From positions 37,014,001 to 37,078,000 of the forward strand of contig NC_043004.1 in assembly GCF_006345805.1 (NCBI RefSeq): a stretch of DNA of 64,000 bases, in the 5' to 3' direction. This stretch comes from Octopus sinensis. Lineage: Eukaryota. The position numbers and the translations under genes were made by a program. The notes beneath the pieces were generated by a model. The model had not been told where the DNA came from and did no database searches. It saw nothing but the letters and a program-made list of their open reading frames with translations. The stretch's first letter is position 1, and each line of letters starts with the position of its first letter. Below are positions 55,138 to 64,000 of this stretch, piece after piece.

Positions 55138-55212
55138 TAAGAGAAAAACTATGTATGGTAAAGAGCATTAAAGAACTATAAAAATAAGCAAGAAGCAGGG
55201 CTCAATAGTCTA

Positions 55213-55500
55213 CAGCAGCGATTCTTAAACTTTTTTCATTCATGACCCCGGTTTTCATCACAAAGCTCGTCCATCCTTTTTTCTCTGAATTTATGTCGGT
55301 TGTGTACCTTTCTATGGAATATTGGTGGCATATTTGGACGGATGGCTCAGCTGCACTTCTTTTTCTCCCCATTCATCGAGTTCAAAAGCCCGTTTCCAAT
55401 ATTATTGGTCCACGTTTAGTAACTAAAAGTAACTTCAACCCGTCTTTCATGGCCGGAACTTGCTTCTTCGTCTCTCTATACTTCCAGTGCCTTCTATGAA
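55213..55500. mobile_element. Possible hAT-like fragment
   Basis: Terminus-like CAGCGATTCTTAAACTTTT and a decayed minus-strand frame; weak. Confidence 0.25.
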
Positions 55501-55779
55501 GGGTCTTTAGGAAAAGATAAACCTTAAAGGCGAAGACGAGAAGACTCAAGAAAAATAAATGATTAATTTTAACGATAAAAGATGATGAATTGTAATTTTC
55601 TGAGATCTAAAACAAAATAAAACATTCAAACCACATTAGAATAATTGCATTTTCCGAGTAACAGTGACTGGCACCAAACATTGGGTGAAAATAGAAATGA
55701 AATTTGGACGGCTATGTGAAATTTCAAAGGCCTCGCGCGCGCGCGCACACATGCACACACACACACACACACACACGTA

Positions 55780-55860
55780 AGTAAGTGCATAAGGGTATCA
55801 TGCGGTATCACAAGTAAGTGCATAATGGTATCATGCGGTATCACTAGTAAGTGCATAAGG
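55780..55860. repeat. 33-bp tandem repeat, 2.5 units
   Basis: AGTAAGTGCATAAKGGTATCATGCGGTATCACW. Confidence 0.9.
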
Positions 55861-55914
55861 AGCTCATCATTAACCAATAAATCACGGACTTTGATGAGAA
55901 TAGACAAATCAATT

Positions 55915-56109
55915 TATTCTTTTCTACTCTAGGCAGAAGGCCCGAAATTCTTGGGGAGTGGTGGCAGTCTGGTACTTAATTTATCGACCCCGAAAGGATG
56001 AAAGGTAAAGTCGACCTCGGCGGAATTTGAACTCAGAGCGTAAAAACAGACGAAATACTACTAAGCATTTCGCCCGGTGTGCTAATGTTTCTGCCAGCTC
56101 GCCACCTTA
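55915..56109 (-). mobile_element. SINE family A
   Basis: Match to 3920-4108; AAATCAA on both flanks. Confidence 0.9.
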
Positions 56110-56446
56110 AATCAAGCAAATTATTAATAATATGTGTGTGACTGGGGGTTAGAAATTTGGCTTCGCAACCACCTGGTTTCGAGTTCAGTCCAGCAATGCG
56201 GCATATTGGACAAGTTTTTTAAACTTGAACTGCGAGCCGATGAAAGCCTTGTGCATGGATTTGGTGAATTTGGAAACTATATCGAAGCCTGCAGTGTATG
56301 TATATAAAAAGGGTGGGTACAAGTAGGAATGTTCTTTTCATTTCTTTATTTCTTTTTTTTAAGATAAGAATTCTATGATTCTTGTTTTTTAACATTTTTC
56401 TATAATAAAATAATGATTCCTAATTTCAGATAATCCTTATATTACT

Positions 56447-56712
56447 GGAAATTTGACCAATGATGAACGAAAGTCGATCATCAAGCAGTACCAGAAAACA
56501 GAGGATGCAGAAGCGGTTAGACAGAAATGGACTGAAGAATTCCAAAGACCAGCTCCGTCAAGATTAACAGATTACAGAATACGTGACAAATTTGAATAGA
56601 TTGGGTCCATCTGCAAAGCACAGAAAAGTGGTCGACCAGTCGATGTTACCTTTGAAGAGAATGAAATGAAGGTAGTTCAAGCATTCATTCAAAGTCCCCA
56701 AAAATCAAAACA
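56447..56712 (+). mobile_element. Tc1/mariner-type transposase N-terminal HTH remnant
   Basis: GNLTNDERKSIIKQYQKTEDAEAVRQKWTEEFQRPAPSRLTDYRIRDKFE*IGSICKAQKSGRP...EENEMKVVQAFIQSPQKS; one in-frame stop. Confidence 0.75.
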
Positions 56713-56857
56713 AAAAGGAGGGTTTCCAATGAACCAGGCATCTCCCGCAGCCCCTAAGTCGACTAATGAATTGTTTAGATTTAAAACAGAAATAGAGAAA
56801 TGGAAAGAATATTCCATTCATATTAAGCAACTGTATACCTCCTGTTTTACCCACCCC

Positions 56858-56878
56858 TATATATATATATACTATATA

Positions 56879-56912
<34 letters not shown>

Positions 56913-57177
56913 CATATATATATTATACATATATATATATATACTATATATATATAATACATATATATATATATATATACATATATATATTACATATATA
57001 TATATATACATATAATATATACATATATATATATATACATATATATATATACATATAATATATATACATATATATATATATATACATATATATTACATAT
57101 ATATATATATACATATACATATATATATACATATATATATATATACATATATATATACATATATATATATATACATC

Positions 57178-57224
<47 letters not shown>

Positions 57225-57444
57225 TATATATATACATATATATTATATACATATATATATATACATATATATATTATATACATATATATATATCTACATA
57301 TATATATATACATCTATATATATATACATATATATATATACATATATATATATTACATATATATATATACATATATATATATATACATATATATATATGT
57401 ACATATATATATATATACATATATATATATACATATATATATAC

Positions 57445-57516
<72 letters not shown>

Positions 57517-57555
57517 CATATATATATATTATATTATATTATATACACACACACA
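56858..57555. repeat. ~700-bp (AT)n/(ATAC) microsatellite
   Basis: Seen directly. Confidence 0.97.
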
Positions 57556-57559
57556 TTTG

Positions 57560-57765
57560 TGTGAATGCGTCGCCAATGACGGACAATTGATGTTAGTTTG
57601 TTTACGTTCCCGTGACTTAGCAATTAGGTAAAAAAAATTACCAATAGAATAAGAAATGAGACTTAAAATAAAATTTGGGGTCACTTTGTTAGATTAAACA
57701 CTTCGAGAAAGTGCCCCAGCATGACCGCATGTTCAGTAATTTAAACAGGTAAATGAATAAAATAA
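57560..57765 (+). mobile_element. SINE family B, 3' half, diverged
   Basis: GTTTACGTTCCCGTGACTTAGC...GTGCCCCAGCATGACCGCA. Confidence 0.75.
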
Positions 57766-58870
57766 CAACTACAGGCTCATCTCATGTTTACGTTCAGAGC
57801 ATTCTTTAAAACATACATACATTGATCTATGTTTGTGTATATTTTTTTATGCCCACAAATACATTTGCATGTATATATATGCAGGTAAATATATACTGAT
57901 GTAGCTGTGAAGATGTGTGTATGTGTGTGTGTGTGAGTACATACACACGTATATGTATGAATGTTTTATTTATATACGTATGGAGGCGTTGTATATATTA
58001 CATATATCTTTATTCGTATATATTTACACACACGCTCAGTCTTATACAATAGCGTATATTGTGTTAACGTACTTGCTTTAAGGGCAATGAGTCTACGTGT
58101 AGCGTGTCTATATTTAAATGCATGTAAATGTGTGTATATATACATACAGACAGACAGACAGATAGACAGACAGACAGATAGACAGACAGACAGACAGATA
58201 GACAGACAGACAGACAGATAGACAGACAGACAGACAGATAGACAGACATATACGTTTAGAAGTAAGCGCGTGTGTGTGTGTGTATACCTATGCACTTTGT
58301 TATAAATACATGTACAAATTTATATCATGCTACACGAGTCAGTCACGAATTAACTTTTGTATGTGGGTGTGTGCTTCTTTGAAAGCAGGCTTAGAACAGC
58401 TGTGCTGATTCTGCTACTATTATGTAGACTGTTGCTTGTGTGTATTAACCAAATATCTGTGTGTGCGCGTGTGTGACGCAATAGGACGAAAAAGGTTCAA
58501 AAGAATTATTTACAGAACGAATTTTGCTATCAATATAACGCGTCTCCTCCCTGCATGCAACACACACACACACACACACACAATGTATACGCATTAGATA
58601 GAGAGAGAGATTTGGATAGGTTAGAGACTGTTAGGCACCATAAAATGGCATAAAAACTGTTGTTGGAGGGTAAAGGAGAGTAAAGAACCACGTGAAGAAT
58701 GCGAGGAATACAAATACAAAAAAAATAAAATCAAGGAAATGGAAAAAGTGCGAGGGATGGAGAATTAAATGGAGAATAGGTAAAGGGCTAAAAATTGGGA
58801 GTGAGAGCAGAGTGGAGCTTCTTTGCTTATTGCCATTGATATAAGAGTAGCGAGTGAATGTAAATGTATG

Positions 58871-58942
<72 letters not shown>

Positions 58943-58978
58943 GTGAGAGAGGGAGAGAGAGAGAGAGATTGAGTGAGA

Positions 58979-59346
58979 GTGAAATATGAGACAGCAAAAG
59001 AGAGTGAAATAGAGAAAGAAATTAAGAAGAATACAAAGAAAGAGAAGGAAAATAAAGTGAAGGAAGAGCAAAAACGAATGAAAGTTTGATGTTGATAGAC
59101 AGATAGATAGAGAGAAAGAAATAAAGAAAGAAAGAGAACAAGAAAGAAAGAAAGAAAGAAAGACAGAAAGAAAGAAATAAAGAAAAAAGAAAGAAAGAAA
59201 GAAAGAAAAAAGAAAGAAAGAAAGAGTGTGTGTGTGAAATATGAGACAGCAAAAGAGAATGAAATAGAGAAAGAAACTAAGAAGAATACAAAGAAAGAGA
59301 AAGAAAACAAAAGTGAAGGAAGAGCAGGAACGAATGAAAGTTTGAT
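58979..59346. repeat. ~112-bp purine-rich direct repeat (58979-59090 and 59234-59346) separated by (GAAA)n
   Basis: GTGAAATATGAGACAGCAAAAGAGA...CGAATGAAAGTTTGAT occurs twice. Confidence 0.85.
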
Positions 59347-60261
59347 AGATTTGAGTGGGGGGAGGACGATTAGTAACCGTCTTTTCGGAAGGAAGTGAAT
59401 AAAAACAAGATACGTAGATAATGTGGTAAAGAGGAATGAGAGAGAGAGAGAGAGAGAGAGATCAATAATATAATGTTGCATGTCTCTCAATGCTGGGTAT
59501 ATAGAGTGAACAGTAGTTAAACATTGCCCTACTCTCCTACAACCATCATCAGTCACAACCATCATCAGTCACAATCATCAGAACACAGCAACTCATTAAA
59601 CTACTTTTATTTTAGTCTCTTACAATCTCCGTTCATATCTTTCTTCTTCTTCTTTCGCATTGTTTCAGTTCTTTTTAAATATTATTTCTTTTTTTTTTTT
59701 AATTCTTTGTGTTTTATAATTTCCTTTTTCAATTCTTTTTTTCTTTCGTTCTTTTTTTTTTTATTCGTGAGAATTTTTTTCCCTCGTTCTTTCTTGCCTT
59801 TCGTCTTCAGATAATTTGGATTTCTTTTTACATTTTTTTTTTATCTTTACCTTTCTTTGAATATTTCTCTATTTAGTTCATCTTTTCAAGTAGCTTTGGG
59901 TTGGTTTTTTTTTCACTCTCTTTTTTTTTTTTTTTTGTACTTCTTCGGTACCTAACGTAAAGAACAAAATATCCAAAAAACTTGTTTAATAACTTGGAAG
60001 GTCTGAAACTAAAAGCAAATAATGCGATCAATCCTACTGATATCGGATTAAACAGAAAAATCAGTTTCAGTTTTCTTCCCTTCTGTAATTTTTTTTCTTC
60101 ATTTGCCTGTTATAATTTTTTTTTTCTCTTCCATATATCTGATGGAATGACTGTAGAATATCAGAAAGCAGATTTGGGGTTAATGTTGACTAATATAGGA
60201 GTATTCGGAATTAAACACAAAATGACGAAATATAACTTCAAATATTTTTAATTTTACTATC

Positions 60262-60666
60262 ATAATAATAATAATAATAATCCCTTCTGCTATTGATACA
60301 AAGCTTGAAATGTTGGGAGAGAGGGGTAGTCGATTACATTGGCCTCAGTACTTGACTGGTACTTATTTTATCGAACCCCGGAAGATGGCAGGCAAAGTCG
60401 ATGTCGGTGGAATTTAAACTCCGAATGTAAAGTCTGACGAAATGCTGCTAAACATTTTGTCCGGCGTGCTAACAACGATTCTGCCAGCACGCTTTAACAC
60501 TAGTAATCTTTTCTAGTCTAGGCACAACGCTTGAAATTTGGAGGAAGGGGATAGTCGAATACATCAACCCCAGTATGCAACTGGTACTTAATTTATCGAC
60601 CCCAAAAGGATGAAAGACAAAATCCACCCCGGCAAAATTTGAACCCAAGGCGTAAAGACAGACGAA

Positions 60667-60702
<36 letters not shown>

Positions 60703-60900
60703 CCTTTCTACTAAAGGCACAAGGCCTGAAATATTGGGGGAGGGTACTTGTCGCTTACCTCGACCCAGTGTTATACTGGTACTTAATTTATCGACCCGAA
60801 AAGGCAAAGTCGACCCCAGCGGAATTTGAACTCAGAACGTGAAGACAAACGAAGCACTGCTAAACATTTTGTCCCGTATGCTATTCTGCCAGCGCGCTTT
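60262..60900 (-). mobile_element. Three tandem SINE family A copies separated by (AAT)n/short linkers
   Basis: Three occurrences of CTGGTACTT..TTTATCGA.CCC..AAGG...AAAGTC. Confidence 0.88.
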
Positions 60901-60922
60901 AATAATAATAATAATAATAATA

Positions 60923-61166
60923 TCATCATCAAAGAAAGAGAAAAAGTTGATAAATATAGAGACCTGAGATTGAGATCACGAAGATGTGGCAGCTATGAGA
61001 GTCAAATATAAAGGTTGTCTCTATTGTTAGCGGAGCATTGGGTTCGATACCAACCAATCTGAAAAAACATCTGAAAACTTTAGAAATAGCCTACAATCTA
61101 GATGTATTGCAAAAGTCGACATTACTTGGAACTGCACGCATATCGCGTAAAGTACTGTATGCCTGA
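60923..61166 (+). mobile_element. 5'-truncated R4/Dong-type LINE, RLE C-terminus
   Basis: IKEREKVDKYRDL/IEITKMWQL*ESNIKVVSIVSGALGSIPTNLKKHLKTLEIAYNLDVLQKSTLLGTARISRKVLYA*. Confidence 0.8.
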
Positions 61167-62645
61167 AGTCCTTGTTGTGACTTGGCAAACAGTAGAAACA
61201 CCCGGTAGACGTAATATCTTCAATCAACGCACAACCTCAGCCTCATGCAGTTTTATTATATGACTATTTTGTCTTAATGAAAAGCCTGACTTTGAAGTTT
61301 CTTATTTCACGCTTGTTCTTTGGTGAGTTGTGTATCCAGCCAACGTCATCACGTCACCACAATTAATGTATCGACACGACACTTATGAGATATTCATTGG
61401 ACGATTCATTTTATTACGTTGTCTTCCTCCTTCTCGTCATCGTCGTCATCATCAATAGTGTTCTGAAGCGACGGAGATTCTTTAACTTTTTTTGTTATTT
61501 CCTGTTGTGGTTTTTTTATGTTTTTGTTTTTTTTTAAGCAAGGGTGGTATTTTTTTCAAATATTTGTAAACGCTTCTCTTGGCTGATCTTTTAAAATGTA
61601 CAAAAAAGGTAGCTCCTTTCTTGAGACAAAGGCTTTTCCATCAATCCCCGATGCTGGTTCTTAACTTTATGGATCCCGAACGGGGTCAATAAAATAAAGT
61701 GGAACTCAAGAGATAAAGGATTTTAACCAAATATTGCCAAGCCCGGGTACTATTTTATCAATACTGATGGATTAAAAAATGCATAGCGTTAGTGAAGTAT
61801 ATTTCTGTATGGAGACCTAAATGCACGCTAATTTCATCGATAGCATTTGTAGAACTCTGAAGTTTGTGCGGAGTTTAACATCGTAGCGTGTCTGAAGTGA
61901 AACTAACCGACATTATTTCAGAGTTAAAGACATCAATGCCTCAATCGTCCAGTCATAAGGACATCATTTCTTAAACTACATAATATTAGGAAATTAGGAA
62001 ACTAGCATGAAAGAGTTTAAAGTGGAATAAATTGGTTTACCATTTAGAAGGAAAAAGGCGAACGTTTTGGCAATACTCTTCGACTAATTATTCTACCCGA
62101 AACTCTAGACATTTCCTGTTTCTCAAGCCAAACCAATTTCTTCTGTTTTCGAACTCTTTATGCATTTGATTTGGTCTACTATTAGCACTATACTTCATTC
62201 AGTAAGCAATTTTATTAATCTGGATGCGACAGATGTAATGCATATACGAATTGCAACATGGCGAACAAAAGAAGGATTTTTCAATCATTTCATTATGAAC
62301 AAGACAAATAACTAAGTGTTATGTTTCAATCTACCGAAACAAGAGTCACACGAATTGACAGATTCTGATCAGAGTTCAATGAAAGCAACACAAAATGTAT
62401 TGCTGAGTTAATACACGGAATGTATCTTAGACTAAACAGGATTTTGAAAGCCTCAATAACGATTGATTTATCCTCGAAATGTTCGTCGATTCATTTCATT
62501 TACCACAAAGATATAACAGCAGGATGACAAATAGATAGATAAATAGATGGACAGAGAGACGGACTGACGGACGGATAGATAGAGAGGGGGAGAGAGATTA
62601 CATAAACAAATGCATACATATATATGAACAGGTGTGTGTGTGTGT

Positions 62646-62695
<50 letters not shown>

Positions 62696-64000
62696 GAACA
62701 GGAATAGCTTTTCTGCTGATTTATTGAAGCCACCCTTATTCATATTTTTCAAATATATAATACTGTACCAAGCATTATTTCTAACTTTACTATATATGTA
62801 TAGTTACTCCCTGCTTCATGCGGATATATATTCAATAATAAGCGATGATACCATCAATATCCTATGAAAAACACATCTGGACTGGGGCATATCCGGTTAT
62901 GTGCAGGTTGATGTACGAGACACGCCTGTTTATATATGCTTGGGTTGTTTGTCCTATGTCGAAACTGGAACTTATATCAAGGTTACGGTATCAAAACATC
63001 GGCAGTAAAACGTTCAAAGATTAAGAAGGAGTGTTTTAGGCTCAAAACGAACAAGTGGGAAATAAAAAAAAAATTAATGTAATGAATCACATCAAGTGTT
63101 TAACAAGTAAAGGTTTGTTTGTTTGATTGCTTAATCTGGTGTTGATGTAATTTTATAGAATGTAATGACTCAGTTAAGAAATAAAGAAACGCTGCCTGTT
63201 GGTTTTATGTCTATCAGGTGTTGATGTAAGTTTCCAGGATTTAAGTTGCAAGTTGTCGAAATGGCGACACATTCAGACATTATGCTTAAATAACTCACGA
63301 ATTATTTCAATATAAGACTACTTCCGACGGTGCTAAATTGTAATTTGTATCATTTATATAGGGCCTACCATGTTATGCTTAAAGATGCATCACTTAAATT
63401 TAGCCTCTGTCATTTCTATGTAGTGTTTACGCGCCAACGTTCTGCTATGTTTTACAGGGGTGACATCTAAATATATATTGTCACCTCGCCTGATTGAGCC
63501 AGTATACGTTGGTGAAACACAAATGAATGCCCACTCAATCAATCTTGGAAAGCCGAAGCGAAAGAATATGCAAAAAATAATTATTACCTTGTCCTATTTT
63601 GTTTAGTTACTAACTTTCTGGTTTTACACCATTTCCTACTTTTAACTATTAACAAATAAAGGACGTATCTGGTCTAAACTGAAATGGTGTTATGGAGGGG
63701 AAACAGTCGAAGCACAACAGGGACATTACTGAAAGGGTTGTGCGGCTGAAGCAGTGAATATTTATTTAACTTACTATACACAAAGACGCACACATTATAT
63801 ACACGATAGTTTAAAAAGATAAAAACCCAAAAGCACATACAATACATAGAGTGAGGAAAACAGAAGCACACTTAGAAGTCTTGTTTAGTTTCCTTCCCCA
63901 CTCCATAGAATCTGTCAAGGAGTTCTAGAACTGAGACTTAGTTTTTATATCTGATAATGTATATGATTGGTCGCATCCTGCTCGATTTCAGAGGAAAGAA

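Noticed and set aside
55780-55860. 33-bp repeats of CRISPR-like length
   Set aside because: The repeats are contiguous with no spacers, and the DNA is eukaryotic.

Overview
AT-rich, microsatellite-saturated eukaryotic DNA (intergenic or deep intronic). The repeat families look like those of coleoid cephalopods, probably Octopus; this is recognition from memory, not a search result. I cannot confidently call any intact host protein-coding gene or structural RNA gene. Almost all ORFs in the supplied track are microsatellite read-throughs or chance frames. The window is a mosaic of three tRNA-derived SINE families, Helitron pieces, piggyBac- and Tigger-type MITEs, a disrupted Chapaev-like transposase, a Tc1/mariner HTH remnant, two restriction-like-endonuclease (R4/Dong-type) LINE 3' ends and several Penelope-like element (PLE) remnants. 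The most striking signal, invisible in the ORF track, is about ten minimal type I hammerhead ribozyme (HHR) motifs in mutually unrelated flanks; four have intact catalytic-core motifs. One sits in a 352-bp retrozyme-like unit arranged as a partial tandem plus a head-to-head inversion (31772-32411). Another is fused behind a tRNA-like Pol III head right after a PLE endonuclease remnant (38437-38648). A CCAAT box plus RFX X-box pair (33224-33255) and a few candidate short exons hint at a gene that I cannot identify.
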